Assembly (NCBI GenBank): GCA_965207575.1
Contig: OZ242288.1
Coordinates: 466,869 to 530,868, forward strand
Length of the DNA: 64,000 bases
Reading direction: 5' to 3'
DNA from: an uncultured Candidatus Binatia bacterium
GTDB taxonomy: Bacteria > Desulfobacterota > Binatia > Bin18
Shown: in pieces, positions 1 to 10,299 of the stretch
How positions within the stretch are numbered: position 1 is the first letter of the stretch
How the letters are laid out: every line of letters starts with the position of its first letter
Notes under the pieces: generated by a model
Databases searched by the model: none
The model's input: only the letters and a program-made list of their open reading frames with translations
What the model was told of the DNA's origin: nothing
Program-made: the position numbers and the translations under genes

Positions 1-1364
1 GGCGCAATCAGACCAAGTGAGGAGTGATGCTCGGCGTGCGGAAAGGAATGCGGTTGCTCAGGCGGATGGGCGGCCGGGGCGAAAAACGTTCCGTGAAAGA
101 AAATGAAAGAATACAAAAAAGTCAGACAACTGGCGGTGACGGCCAAGGTTGTGAGGAGCAGGTCTACTTCGAGAACACCCTCGTAGAATAATTCTTTACT
201 CAGGAAGCCGCCCAGGGGCGGCAGGCCGGCCATGGACAGTGAGGCCAAGGTCGCCGCCAGCGTTAAGGTCGGCATGAGGGGACGCAGGCCGCCGAGCCGG
301 CGCAGGTCGCGTGTTCCCGCTTCATGCTCGACCGTCCCGGCCGTCAGAAACAACGCGCCCTTAAACGCCGCGTGGTTGAGAATATGCAGGACGGCCGCAA
401 AGAGGGCGATTTCGGTTTGCAGACCGAGGAGGACGACGATCAACCCCAATTGGCTCACCGTTGAGTTGGCCAGCAGGGCTTTGAGATCGACCTGCTTACA
501 GGCCAACACCCCGCCCCACACCAGGGTGACTGTCCCCACGCTGGTCACCGTGGCGGACCAGATCGGATCATCCGCAAATAACGGCGTCAGCCGGGCGATC
601 AGATAGAGACCGGCTTTGACCATAGTAGCGGCGTGCAGATAGGCGCTCACCGGGGTCGGTGCCTCCATGGCCGACGGCAGCCAGATGTGGAACGGAAACT
701 GGGCCGACTTGGCGAAAGCACCAACCAGGAAGCACAGCCCTGCTGCCGTAGATATGGGGGTGGCATTTGCCAGCAGGGCCGACAGCTCGAACGTCCCCTG
801 CTCGGCATATACGGCCAAAATGCCGAACAGCATGACCAGACCGCCAATCGCCGTTAGACCAAACGCCTTGATCGCTCCCTCACACGCCGCGGCCCGCTGT
901 GAGCGGAACCCGATGAGCAGAAACGACGAGACGCTCGTCAATTCCCAGAAGACCAGCAATAAGATCAGGTTGTCGGCCAGCACGACGCCCATCATGGCGG
1001 CGTTGAACAAGAGCAGGAAACGGTAGAGGCGGGACAGCGTGGGATCGTCAGCCATGTAGAACGCGGCATAGATGAAAACAAAGACGCCCACGCCTGAGAT
1101 CAGACCGGTGAAGAGCCAGCTCAGGCCGTCCAGGCTGAAACTCACATACAGCCCCAGGCTCGGCGCCCACGGCCAGGAACACTGAATCCCTTCTCCGGCC
1201 TGGACCGTTGCCCAGAGCGAGATAACGACCAGCAGTTGAAGAATCGGGACCAGAGCGTAGGCCGGCGCCAGACGCTGGCGCCACCGCTCCGGCCAGGACA
1301 CCAGCGAGCCGAGTAACGGAAGCAGAATCAGGCTGATGATGAGGAACCCAGGCACTCCGTTCAC
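1..1364 (-). CDS. Proton-conducting antiporter large subunit, MrpA/MnhA-NuoL family (5' part; the gene runs off the left edge)
   Basis: Absent from the ORF track because it has no stop codon in the window. Reverse-strand translation from GTG at 1364 reads VNGVPGFLIISLILLPLLG ... FAKSAQFPFHIWLPSAMEAPTPVSAYLHAATMVKAGLYLIARL ... NHAAFKGALFL, which are hallmark NuoL/MrpA/MrpD motifs. It is the first gene of its unit (divergent from 1613), which favours Mrp over Nuo. Confidence 0.8.
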   Translation of the reverse strand, partial: MNGVPGFLIISLILLPLLGSLVSWPERWRQRLAPAYALVPILQLLVVISLWATVQAGEGIQCSWPWAPSLGLYVSFSLDGLSWLFTGLISGVGVFVFIYAAFYMADDPTLSRLYRFLLLFNAAMMGVVLADNLILLLVFWELTSVSSFLLIGFRSQRAAACEGAIKAFGLTAIGGLVMLFGILAVYAEQGTFELSALLANATPISTAAGLCFLVGAFAKSAQFPFHIWLPSAMEAPTPVSAYLHAATMVKAGLYLIARLTPLFADDPIWSATVTSVGTVTLVWGGVLACKQVDLKALLANSTVSQLGLIVVLLGLQTEIALFAAVLHILNHAAFKGALFLTAGTVEHEAGTRDLRRLGGLRPLMPTLTLAATLASLSMAGLPPLGGFLSKELFYEGVLEVDLLLTTLAVTASCLTFLYSFIFFHGTFFAPAAHPPEQPHSFPHAEHHSSLGLIA

Positions 1365-1612
1365 CTTTCCATGCTTACTGGTTGCAGAACAATCTGAGCA
1401 AGGGACCCGAATCCCCAACCCCTAATCCCTAACCCCCAATGAAATAGCCTGCCTCCTCGGATGTGTCTAACCCGTGTGCAACGACTCATGTCCCTGTTGG
1501 TGTCCAATATATTGTGGGCTTTTCTATCTTTCTGATTCTCTCTACAACTCAGACTTATACGCAAGGACCAAAACTTTGGGCCGATTATCTGTAATAAGCG
1601 GGAGATGATGAA

Positions 1613-2458
1613 ATGACCGATCAAACACGCATAGCCAGCTATGGCGACAACGAGAGTGTCCTCGTAGACGAAGTGAATGGAGGCGAGGGACTCTTTGTCG
1701 TCACAATGAATAATCCGCAGGAGTTCAACGTACTCAGCAGTGGCTTTATGCGCGCTCTCGCAGAAGCCTTCGACGGCATTACTGCCCTGCGCAATCCTGA
1801 TCCGAATAACGACAGAGTCCGAGCCGTCATATTACGCGCCGAGGGCCGTGCGTTCACCGTTGGTCTCGATATCGGAAAGCTCGATGAGTATCTGGAAGGG
1901 GGCATCACTCCTGCCGGCGACCCGTTTCGGGCAATGTGGGAGTGTCCCTTTCCGATCATTGGTGCGGTCAATGGTCCAGCGGTGACGGGTGGTTTTGAAA
2001 TCGCGCTGTGTTGCGATGTGCTTCTTGCTTCAGAGCGGGCAGTTTTTATGGACAATCACGCCAAATACGGCGTACACCCCGGACGGCGCATTTCACAGCG
2101 GCTTGCCCAGGTGTGCGGTATGAACAACGCTAAGCTGGCAACAATGGCAGCGTATCCGATCGACGCCCACCTCGCCTTCAACTGGGGGCTGGTACAACGT
2201 GTATTCGCAACCAACGAAGAACTTGATCGTGAGAGTCTGAACATTGCACGGCTCATGTCGCAGAACCACCCGGTCATGGTGAAACGTTATAAGAACCTAC
2301 TCGAACGCGGGGCGCTCGACAGCTACCGGGCCGGCCTGGCATTGGAAGAAAACTCTGAGACCACCTACTACGACGACCTCACCGATGTTGCAGTTACACT
2401 CAAGGACGGAGCGGAAAAATTTCGGGCCATGGTCCGTTGGGTTGCTGAGCGAGATTAA
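1613..2458 (+). CDS. Enoyl-CoA hydratase/isomerase (crotonase) family protein
   Basis: Contains AVNGPAVTGGFEIALCCDVLLASERAVFMDNHAKYGVHPG, the typical crotonase oxyanion-hole region. Length 281 aa. Confidence 0.85.
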   Translation: MTDQTRIASYGDNESVLVDEVNGGEGLFVVTMNNPQEFNVLSSGFMRALAEAFDGITALRNPDPNNDRVRAVILRAEGRAFTVGLDIGKLDEYLEGGITPAGDPFRAMWECPFPIIGAVNGPAVTGGFEIALCCDVLLASERAVFMDNHAKYGVHPGRRISQRLAQVCGMNNAKLATMAAYPIDAHLAFNWGLVQRVFATNEELDRESLNIARLMSQNHPVMVKRYKNLLERGALDSYRAGLALEENSETTYYDDLTDVAVTLKDGAEKFRAMVRWVAERD

Positions 2459-2713
2459 CACAATAGGACAGCGCCAGTGGTAGCTGGTGGCCTGAGCGCC
2501 CTCCAGTACCCGGAAGAGGACTGGCAAAGAAAGCATGGACGAATTGCACTCTTCCTTTGCGGAGTTGAAACAACTACATAAGCTGCTGGGGCGTGGATTG
2601 GTGGCCTATGAAGACCCGCGTGGAGAGTCGGCCGTCCAAAGCGCCATTGGTCTGTCTCCGGTGTGCCTATTTGATTCGTCAGGAACGCCGGGAGAGAAAG
2701 TAAGGGGTGTCGT

Positions 2714-3820
2714 ATGCCCATGAATATTCTTGGTATGATCGGCGTGTCCCCACCGGGTGGTGGAGCCACGGTGCACGTCATTGGAGGTGGTATTGATCGA
2801 GAATACCTACGCCGTTTTGCCCAGGCGCATGAGCACGCCGGTTTTGACTCCGTATTAGTCGGCTACACGTCTTCCTCTGCCGAAGGCTTTCAGGTTGCAC
2901 AATACGCTGCCGCCTACACCGAACAGCTCAACTTCCTCGTCGCCCACCGGCCTGGCTTTGTCATGCCGACCCTCGCAGCGCGGACGGCTGCCACGTGCGA
3001 TACGCTGACCGGCGGACGGCTGTGGCTACACATCATTTCGGGGACAGCCGATGCTGAACAACAACGTGACGGTGACTGGCTCAGTCATGATGAGCGCTAT
3101 GTACGGACAGAAGAATATCTGGAGATCCTGCGCCGGATGTGGACGGCTGACAAGCCATTCAACTTTGAGGGACGCTATTACTCAGTCAAGAAAGCTTTCT
3201 CTGAAGTCCGCTCCGCTCAGCAGCCCCATGTGCCCATCTATTTTGGTGGGGCCTCCGACGCTGCGATTCAGGTTGGAGCCAGGCATGCTGATGTATATGC
3301 CCTCTTTGGCGAGCCTCGCGTATCGGTGAAGGCCATGATGGACCGTATCTCCGCAGAAGCGGCACGGTATAACCGCCAGCCTCGTTTTAATGTGTCTCTC
3401 CGACCGATTATCGCGCCGACTGAGGGAGCAGCGTGGGACAAAGCACGTGGAATCCTGGCTCGTTTAAAAGAGTCTAACCCTCGATTACCTCTCAAGGTCG
3501 AGGCCGAGTTTAGTCGTCGCCTGACCCAGTTGGCTGACGAGCGAGAGGTCTATGATGAACGTCTGTGGATGGGCCTCGTGAAGATCTCCGGAGCAAGCGG
3601 TAATACCACGGCCTTGGTCGGGACTCCTGAGAAAGTCGCAGAATCCATCGCCGCCTATTACGACTTGGGCATGCGCGGTGTGCTTATCCGTGGATTTGAT
3701 CCGTTTAATGATGTAACGGAATTTGGCCAAGAGCTCATCCCGAGAATCCGGGCGCTTGTGGCTGAGCGTGAGGCACAAGCCGCCATTACCAGGACGGAGC
3801 CCGCTGGGCTCTTACTATAA
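2714..3820 (+). CDS. LLM-class (luciferase-like) flavin-dependent oxidoreductase
   Basis: 368 aa with FDSVLVGY ... LNFLVAHRPG ... GGRLWLHIISG ... HDERYVRTEEYLEILRRMW ... PIYFGGASDAA, a pattern like the SsuD/LLM family. Confidence 0.85.
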   Translation: MPMNILGMIGVSPPGGGATVHVIGGGIDREYLRRFAQAHEHAGFDSVLVGYTSSSAEGFQVAQYAAAYTEQLNFLVAHRPGFVMPTLAARTAATCDTLTGGRLWLHIISGTADAEQQRDGDWLSHDERYVRTEEYLEILRRMWTADKPFNFEGRYYSVKKAFSEVRSAQQPHVPIYFGGASDAAIQVGARHADVYALFGEPRVSVKAMMDRISAEAARYNRQPRFNVSLRPIIAPTEGAAWDKARGILARLKESNPRLPLKVEAEFSRRLTQLADEREVYDERLWMGLVKISGASGNTTALVGTPEKVAESIAAYYDLGMRGVLIRGFDPFNDVTEFGQELIPRIRALVAEREAQAAITRTEPAGLLL

Positions 3821-4552
3821 GAGAGACGCAGCGCGTCCGCGCTTGCCTATCCAGCGCAGATATAAGCCAGCCATACGCAGCATTGCGCCTATCCCAACGA
3901 AGTCTTCGCCTGCATTCTCGTATACAACTGTGCCATTTGGGGTTGACAGCTCTACTCCGACCCATGAAGGCCCTTCTTCTACGCACTGGTTAATGCCTAA
4001 CGCGCCGAAAAGGGTGTTCAGCTTGTCGGCGTTTGGGTGTTGCAGACGGAATGCCTTGAGCTGACATCGGCGGTCGACATCTTCACGCTCATGCTTCTTA
4101 CGCCACTCGATGACGCAGGGGCGCTGGGTGACAAAGCCCGGTCCGATAACGCCCCGTTTATAGTAGGTGTGAATGTCGTCCCGCATGAAATCAATGGTCT
4201 CGACTCGCTCCATCGGGACTCCAGCTTGCTTGAGTTGCTCCGTGAAACCGTCGAAATCGCCGGTTGCCACGTACCAGAACAGAACATGTGGTTTGGTATA
4301 GGACGAAATCAGCGTCCGAATTGGATGGAACCCTTTAAAATCCGGGTTGGGACCCAAGATCTCAAAGAAGGAGTCGGGGCCGAGTGCGAGCGCACCGCTC
4401 CAGTACCACTGTCCGGGCTCAGGCTCTGTTGCAAAGGGTGTCGCGCCGGTGTCGCTTGCAATCTGGTCAAGAGCAGCGGGCATATCAGGCACGCCCAGCG
4501 CGACATGATCGACGGCCAGACCGTGGGTCCTCGGGAGTACCAGACTGCTCAC
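3815..4552 (-). CDS. VOC/glyoxalase-like domain protein
   Basis: N-terminus reads LAVDHVALGVPDMPAALDQI, and a second beta-alpha-beta-like half follows (LKAFRLQHPNADKLNTLFGALGI). Assigned by resemblance only. Confidence 0.5.
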   Translation of the reverse strand: MSSLVLPRTHGLAVDHVALGVPDMPAALDQIASDTGATPFATEPEPGQWYWSGALALGPDSFFEILGPNPDFKGFHPIRTLISSYTKPHVLFWYVATGDFDGFTEQLKQAGVPMERVETIDFMRDDIHTYYKRGVIGPGFVTQRPCVIEWRKKHEREDVDRRCQLKAFRLQHPNADKLNTLFGALGINQCVEEGPSWVGVELSTPNGTVVYENAGEDFVGIGAMLRMAGLYLRWIGKRGRAASLL

Positions 4553-4759
4553 ATACAGCTCCCTGCCAGCAGATTTATTTGGAAAGCGACATCAAGCGTC
4601 CCCGTTCCGGCCCAATGTATACTGCTCCGGCAGCTGATGCCCGACCACTTGTCTGGTGACGAATTTGAACTCGTTGTTCCCGTGCAGTTTTTCATACGCG
4701 CACACACTCCCCGTTGCAGTTCATCTGGCAGGTGCACGGGGAGTGTGTGGCAGTCGAGT

Positions 4760-6283
4760 CTACAGCCCAATGACGACCGCTTTGGTTTCGGTGTACAGCT
4801 CCAGGACCTCATGTCCCATCTCCCGGCCCCAGCCGGACTCTTTATAGCCACCGAAGGGCAGAGCAGGGTCAAACACGTTGTAGCAGTTGATCCATACGGT
4901 TCCTGCTTGTAGCTTCCGGGCCATCTGGTGTGCCTTACTGACATCGCGGGTCCAAATACCAGCAGCGAGTCCATAGTTGGTATCGTTGGCGACAGGCACC
5001 ACCTGATCAAGATCTGTAAATCGCTCGGCTACCACCACGGGACCGAAGATCTCTTCCCGCACGACCTTCATATCCTGCCGGACATCGGCAAGCACCGTCG
5101 GCTCAACAAAATATCCGGTATTGCCAATCCGTTGGCCACCGCAGACTGCCGTGGCTCCCTCACTCAGCCCTGAGGACAGGTAGCCGGACACCCGCTCCAA
5201 TTGCTCCGAGGACACGAGCGGACCCATATCTGTCGCATCGTTCAGGCCCGACCCGACCGTGATATTCCGGGCATGCTCGCTGACCCCTTCGAGGACGCGG
5301 TCGTATATATCATGCTCGATGTAGAGCCGTGAACCAGCACAGCAGGTCTGGCCATGGTTGAAGAAGATCGCATTCGCAGCCCCGGCAATGGCGGCGTCGA
5401 GGTCTGGGGCATCTTTGAAAAGAACGTTGGGCGATTTGCCGCCAAGCTCCAGGCTGACCTTCTTGAGATTACCGGCCGCGGCCTTCACAATCAGTTTCCC
5501 GACCTCGGTCGATCCGGTAAACGCCACCTTATCCACGCCGTCGTGCGCGGCAATCGCCGCGCCGGCTGTTTCTCCGTAGCCGGGGACGACGTTCACCACG
5601 CCGTCCGGAATCCCGGCTTCTTGCATCAACTCACCAAGACGCAATGCGCTCAGCGGCGTTTGCTCGGCAGGCTTGAGAATGACACAGTTACCCGTTGTCA
5701 GCGCCGGTCCGAGCTTCCACGCGGCCATGAGCAGGGGAAAGTTCCACGGAATGATTTGACCTACCACGCCGACAGGCTCGCGCAGCGTATAGGTATGGTA
5801 CGCCTGATTGAATGGAATCGTGTTGCCCAAGAGCTTGGTTGCCCAGCCCGCCATATAGTGGAAGAGGTTGGCGGCCAGCGGGATGTCTGCGACCCGCGCG
5901 ATTTTTTTCGGCTTCCCGTTGTCAACGGACTCAATCTCTGCCAGTTCGTCGGCATTTTCAAGGATCAAATCGCCGAGTTTCCAGATAATCCGCGCCCGCT
6001 CCGCAGGCGTCATGCCCGACCAGGGTCCCGACTCAAAGGCCCGGCGAGCCGCCACAACCGCGCGTTCGATATCTTCCGTATCGCCTTCCGCCACCTGAGT
6101 CATCACGTCCCCCGTTGCCGGGTCATACACGGGAAACGTCTTGCCCGACGCAGAGTCTATCCATTTGCCGTCGATGAGCATCTTTCGTCGTGTCCCGAGA
6201 AAGTCCCGCACCGTCGGAGTGAGCTGGTTCTCCAGTGTCACCGGCGCGTCTGGGGTGGTCATATTTTCCTGCGTAACAGTCAT
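4760..6283 (-). CDS. NAD(P)-dependent aldehyde dehydrogenase
   Basis: Contains FTGSTEVGKLI, ELGGKSPNV, the CCAGSR catalytic Cys region and PFGGYKESG. I chose the ATG at 6283, which is preceded by GGAGGT; the track ORF extends to 6301. Confidence 0.9.
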   Translation of the reverse strand: MTVTQENMTTPDAPVTLENQLTPTVRDFLGTRRKMLIDGKWIDSASGKTFPVYDPATGDVMTQVAEGDTEDIERAVVAARRAFESGPWSGMTPAERARIIWKLGDLILENADELAEIESVDNGKPKKIARVADIPLAANLFHYMAGWATKLLGNTIPFNQAYHTYTLREPVGVVGQIIPWNFPLLMAAWKLGPALTTGNCVILKPAEQTPLSALRLGELMQEAGIPDGVVNVVPGYGETAGAAIAAHDGVDKVAFTGSTEVGKLIVKAAAGNLKKVSLELGGKSPNVLFKDAPDLDAAIAGAANAIFFNHGQTCCAGSRLYIEHDIYDRVLEGVSEHARNITVGSGLNDATDMGPLVSSEQLERVSGYLSSGLSEGATAVCGGQRIGNTGYFVEPTVLADVRQDMKVVREEIFGPVVVAERFTDLDQVVPVANDTNYGLAAGIWTRDVSKAHQMARKLQAGTVWINCYNVFDPALPFGGYKESGWGREMGHEVLELYTETKAVVIGL

Positions 6284-6664
6284 AATCTTTACCTCCGTCA
6301 TGAGAATACGTTGAGCAATAGGGACAGGCGGTTCCTAGCCGTATGGCAGAGAAGACCCTTCTGCCAATGGGCTGGGCTTACCAGCAGCATGCCTCTCCTC
6401 GGAGCGGGGGGCCTCGCCTAAAATGCGGCACGGCGCACTCACTTTCCCAAGAGAATACTGGACGAATTGAAGAAGGCTGCGGCTGCGCTGAGTTGCACCC
6501 GCATGGCAGCCGTCCGGTTGGAGTTGCTATATGCATAAAAACGCATAAGATATTGCGCTTCTACGGGCTCTGGATTGCCAACCGCTGGCCACTAATGAGC
6601 GTCTAGTTGAAATTGACAATCATTTTCAATTTTGAATGTCAAGAGCACAGAAGGAGACAGACCC

Positions 6665-7423
6665 ATGTCCCTGGCAGAGAAAGTGGCCCTCGTGACTGGT
6701 GCGTCACGGGGTATTGGTCGAGCCGTTGCACTCAAACTGGCCCAAGAAGGGGCGCATATCGCCATTCATTACAATCAAAACCAGGAAGCGGCCGAGTACA
6801 CCCTGGCGGCCTTACCTGACGGTGCGCATCATATCTTTCAAGCCGACCTTGCTGACGCACAGGCTGTGGAAGCGCTGATGTCTGCGGTGCTCAGCCAAAT
6901 GGGCGGGCTCCAGATTGTTGTGAACAACGCCGCCATCAACGAGTGGCAGCCGCCGCTTCGGGTTGACTACGAGGTGTGGAACGACGTGTGGCAACGCTCG
7001 CTCGACACCAACCTGGTCGGCCCGGCCAATGTGATGTTCTGGGCCGCCCGGCATATGGCGGAACACGGCGGAGGGCAAATGGTGAATATTTCCTCACGGG
7101 GCGCTTTTCGGGGAACACCCAAAGCGCCGGCCTACGCGTCGAGTAAGGCCGCTCTCAACGCTATGAGCCAATCGTTGGCCCAGGCATTCGCTCCGCATAA
7201 CATCTTTGTCTACGTGGTTGCGCCGGGCTTTGTGGAAACCGATATGTCGGCATCCATTCTTGCTAGTCCCCGGGGCGAAGCCATCCGTCAGCAAAGCCCC
7301 TTGGGTCGGGTGGGCAAGCCGGAAGAGGTCGCCGCCATCGTCGCCTTCCTCGCCTCAGGCGAAGCAAATTTTGCGACCGGGACCATTGTCGATGTGAATG
7401 GCGCTTCGTATATGAGGACGTAA
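6665..7423 (+). CDS. SDR-family oxidoreductase (FabG-like)
   Basis: Contains VTGASRGIGRA, NNAA and YASSKAAL motifs. The ATG at 6665 follows AAGGAGA; the track ORF starts at 6632. Confidence 0.9.
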   Translation: MSLAEKVALVTGASRGIGRAVALKLAQEGAHIAIHYNQNQEAAEYTLAALPDGAHHIFQADLADAQAVEALMSAVLSQMGGLQIVVNNAAINEWQPPLRVDYEVWNDVWQRSLDTNLVGPANVMFWAARHMAEHGGGQMVNISSRGAFRGTPKAPAYASSKAALNAMSQSLAQAFAPHNIFVYVVAPGFVETDMSASILASPRGEAIRQQSPLGRVGKPEEVAAIVAFLASGEANFATGTIVDVNGASYMRT

Positions 7424-7455
7424 TGCGGTATTGTATTCCTCCTGGGAGTTGAGAT

Positions 7456-7773
7456 GTGCTAGAAAGAAAGGCAATGGGCAACGATATTATCGAACTGCTT
7501 GAAAGCCATTCTGAAGCGCTCAGGGCTCATGGAGTGGAAAAAATAGGAATCTTTGGTTCGTATGCCAGAGATGAGGCCGACGTGAAAAGCGATGTGGATG
7601 TATACGTCGAGTTGAACGAGGCGCAGCGAACTTTTAGAAACTTCAACGCCATATACGAAATACTAGAAGCAGCGCTACAGCGACAGATCGACCTCGTAAC
7701 AGATCAGGCGCTCTCGGAGCGAAAGGCGAAGATTATTCTACCGACAGTTCGCTATGCCTCGCTTGGTCACTGA
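7456..7773 (+). CDS. MNT-type nucleotidyltransferase (antitoxin of an MNT-HEPN pair)
   Basis: Contains GIFGSYARDEADVKSDVDVYVEL, the minimal nucleotidyltransferase signature GS-x9-D-x-D. Confidence 0.8.
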   Translation: MLERKAMGNDIIELLESHSEALRAHGVEKIGIFGSYARDEADVKSDVDVYVELNEAQRTFRNFNAIYEILEAALQRQIDLVTDQALSERKAKIILPTVRYASLGH

Positions 7774-7870
7774 ACTCTTACGTGACATCCTCGAAGAAAC
7801 TGCGTTTCTGATTGAGCATGTGAATCAGCTCTCTTTTGCTGACGAACGAGAAACTTCTGATGTTAAATAA
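7754..7870 (+). pseudogene. Truncated HEPN/DUF86 toxin gene (38 codons only)
   Basis: An ATG overlaps the MNT 3' end, the usual arrangement for this pair. The reading MPRLVTELLRDILEETAFLIEHVNQLSFADE matches DUF86 N-termini. It stops at 7868-7870, well before where the R-x4-H motif would lie. Confidence 0.6.
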
Positions 7871-7899
7871 GTCTTATTTGACCATGAAAGAAATCCTTA

Positions 7900-8469
7900 A
7901 TGCCACATCCACTTGAACACGAATATGACCTAACAGCAGAGGAATTACTCGATGCCATCAATCGCCGATTTCGAGCAAAGGTCACTCTGGAAGGAGCCGT
8001 AGCGGAGGTTCATCTCGGAAAAAAGCTCAAGGCGTTGTGTGACGCGGGAATCCTGCATGACTTTGAAGAGCACGACTCAGATGGCTGCCCCGATTACACT
8101 ATCTGGTTACCGGGCGATGGCTCTGGGCAGCTCATTGAGTGCAAGAACATCCGGGATGCAGATGAAGCGTACAGAAAAGGCGGTGTTGATGTCGCCTACA
8201 AGGTTGAAACCCAAAAGACTCGCACCTCGAACAATGATCCAAGCTCCCGTTTTTATAATAACGACCATTTCGCCATTCTCGCCGTTTGCATGGGTAAAAA
8301 GACTCATAGATGGACTGACTTCATGTTTATTCGCTCTCGGCATCTTACGAGACACACCAAGTATCCTCACAAGCTTGCTGTCATGCACCGGGTGCCATTG
8401 CCGGATTCCAATTTTGGCCCTCCGTGGTATAGTTCTCTGAACGTCCTTCTTGAGAATGAGCCGCGATGA
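7900..8469 (+). CDS. Putative Type II restriction endonuclease (PD-(D/E)XK)
   Basis: Contains [22 protein letters not shown], which gives a PD ... E-C-K motif. Its stop overlaps the start of the methyltransferase (ATGA at 8466-8469). Confidence 0.6.
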   Translation: MPHPLEHEYDLTAEELLDAINRRFRAKVTLEGAVAEVHLGKKLKALCDAGILHDFEEHDSDGCPDYTIWLPGDGSGQLIECKNIRDADEAYRKGGVDVAYKVETQKTRTSNNDPSSRFYNNDHFAILAVCMGKKTHRWTDFMFIRSRHLTRHTKYPHKLAVMHRVPLPDSNFGPPWYSSLNVLLENEPR

Positions 8470-9413
8470 AGAAGCATTACAAAACACCCCTTGGTACGGC
8501 TTACTGTTCTGATGCAATAGACACTCTTTCTGGTCTGAAGGATGATTCTGTTGACCTCGTTGTCACATCGCCCCCTTACGCTCTCCATTTCAAGAAGGAA
8601 TATGGGAATGCCGATCAAGACAGTTACATTGATTGGATAAGCCCGTTCTGTGAGCAGATCAGACGAATTTTGAAGCCAGAGGGAAGTTTTGCCTTAAACA
8701 TTGGTGGGGCATGGACGCCCGGAAGCCCGACTCGCTCTCTGTATCATTTCCGGCTTCTTCTGCATCTGTGCGATAATCTCGGGTTCAAACTGTGCCAGGA
8801 GTTCTTCTGGTATAATCCAGCCAAGATGCCGGCGCCTGCCGAATGGGTCAACGTCCGTCGGATTCGAGTCAAGGATTCTGTTGAATACATTTATTGGTTA
8901 GGGAAGACGGACTTCCCTAAAGCGTGTAACGCGGATGTTTTGCAGCCGTACTCCAAGGACATGCTACGGCTCATCAAGCGTGGCGTATCTGCAACCCGTC
9001 GCCCATCAGGGCATATCATTAAAAAAAGTTTTGCCGACCATAAAGGGGGCTCGATTCCGCCCAACCTCATTCGATGCGGCAACAATGAAAGTAACAGTGC
9101 CTATCTGAATGGATTGAAGGCGGCTGGGAGAAAGATTCATCCTGCCAGATTTCCCGCTGAACTCCCTCGATTTTTTATTAACTTCTGCACTGACCCTAAC
9201 GATTTGGTTCTTGACCCATTCGCTGGATCAAACACAACCGGCATGGTCGCCGAGGAACTTGACAGGCGCTGGATATCGATTGAGAAGAATGAAGAATACT
9301 GGGAGGATTCAAAACTCAGATTTTTCCAAGAAGAACAGGTTGCTGGCGAAAAGGGCGAGGATACGCAAACACAGTTCCGTTTATTGGAAGCATCTCCACC
9401 ATACGGAAAATAA
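8466..9413 (+). CDS. DNA methyltransferase, N4/N6 (beta-class order, motif IV before motif I)
   Basis: Contains [13 protein letters not shown] (motif IV) and later [34 protein letters not shown] (motif I). The S-P-P-Y form hints at m4C, but this is not decisive. Confidence 0.9.
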   Translation: MKKHYKTPLGTAYCSDAIDTLSGLKDDSVDLVVTSPPYALHFKKEYGNADQDSYIDWISPFCEQIRRILKPEGSFALNIGGAWTPGSPTRSLYHFRLLLHLCDNLGFKLCQEFFWYNPAKMPAPAEWVNVRRIRVKDSVEYIYWLGKTDFPKACNADVLQPYSKDMLRLIKRGVSATRRPSGHIIKKSFADHKGGSIPPNLIRCGNNESNSAYLNGLKAAGRKIHPARFPAELPRFFINFCTDPNDLVLDPFAGSNTTGMVAEELDRRWISIEKNEEYWEDSKLRFFQEEQVAGEKGEDTQTQFRLLEASPPYGK

Positions 9414-9427
9414 GGATACCTTCTTGT

Positions 9428-10252
9428 ATGAAGAGGTATCGAATTATTACTCTCGACTTTGATTCGCGAGCGAAAATCCTGAAAGAGGAAATAAAAGAGG
9501 ATTGGGAACCAAAAGTTAAAGAACTCTGGAGGAAGAACAAAATTCAGATTCAAGAAGGTCTACTCTCCGAGTATGGCCCATATGAAGGTTTCGAGAAAAT
9601 AAAAAATTTTGTTGAACTGGATGCTGCACCGTGGTCAATTATCTCCTTCCACAACAAATTCTTAGGACAATTACGTAGCGCGTTTGTCATCGGTGCTTAC
9701 TACCCTGCCTTAACAGCTACATGTGCATTAGGGGAACGGATTTTAAATCAACTAATACACAGCTTGCGCGACGATTACTCCTCAACACCCGAGTATAAAA
9801 AAGTCTATCGGAAAGATTCTTTCGATAATTGGGAACTCGCTATCGAAACCTTGATGAACTGGGATGTCCTCCTTCCCAATGTCGCAGAAGCATTCTGAGA
9901 ATTGATGCGCCTCCGTCACCATTCTTTGCATTTTAATCCCGAAACAGAAGACAATGACCGGAGCATTGCTTTGGATGCGATTCGAAAGTTATCGATGATC
10001 ATCGAGGGGCAATTTTCAGGTATTGGAGCTAAGCCTTGGTATATCCCAGGGACAATGGGTGCAACCTTTGTCAAGAAGTCTTATGAAGCATGTCCTTTTG
10101 TTAGAAAGATTATTCTTCCCAACTGCTGTCTCGTTGGACACCTCCATACATTGGAAATTAAAGATGACATCTGGCGAGTTCATGACGAACACGAATATGA
10201 GGAGAAGGAAATAACTGACGAGGAATTCGTGGAGCTATTCAATAATAGGTAA
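9428..10252 (+). pseudogene. Single reading frame split by an in-frame TGA (9896-9898); HEPN-like hypothetical protein co-oriented with the R-M pair
   Basis: Track ORFs 9428..9898 and 9902..10252 are in the same frame (both 2 mod 3). RLRHHSLH (R-x4-H) begins 3 codons after the stop. The ORF starts 15 nt downstream of the methyltransferase. Confidence 0.4.
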
Positions 10253-10263
10253 ATCTAAAGCAA

Positions 10264-10299
10264 GGGGAGAAAAGATATAGATTTCTATCTTTTCTCCCC
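10264..10299. terminator. Perfect 14-bp stem hairpin between convergent genes
   Basis: GGGGAGAAAAGATA (10264-10277), an 8-nt loop, then TATCTTTTCTCCCC (10286-10299). Confidence 0.6.

Noticed and set aside
232-1284. Track ORFs 232..606, 633..857, 667..1026 and 1048..1284
   Set aside because: All of them overlap the unlisted minus-strand MrpA/NuoL-family gene, whose translation carries the canonical motifs. The listed ORFs read as junk.
2535-2723. 62-aa ORF upstream of the LLM gene
   Set aside because: It has no RBS or motif support and overlaps the LLM start region. It is probably non-coding leader sequence.
4037-6421. Long plus-strand ORFs 4037..4912 and 5354..6421
   Set aside because: They are shadow ORFs opposite the VOC-like and aldehyde dehydrogenase genes, with no motifs and skewed composition.
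9896-9898. In-frame TGA as evidence for an alternative genetic code or selenocysteine
   Set aside because: Many well-supported genes in the window terminate with TGA (for example 7771-7773 and 36743-36745). I saw no SECIS-like hairpin immediately downstream. A nonsense mutation or two adjacent ORFs is more parsimonious.
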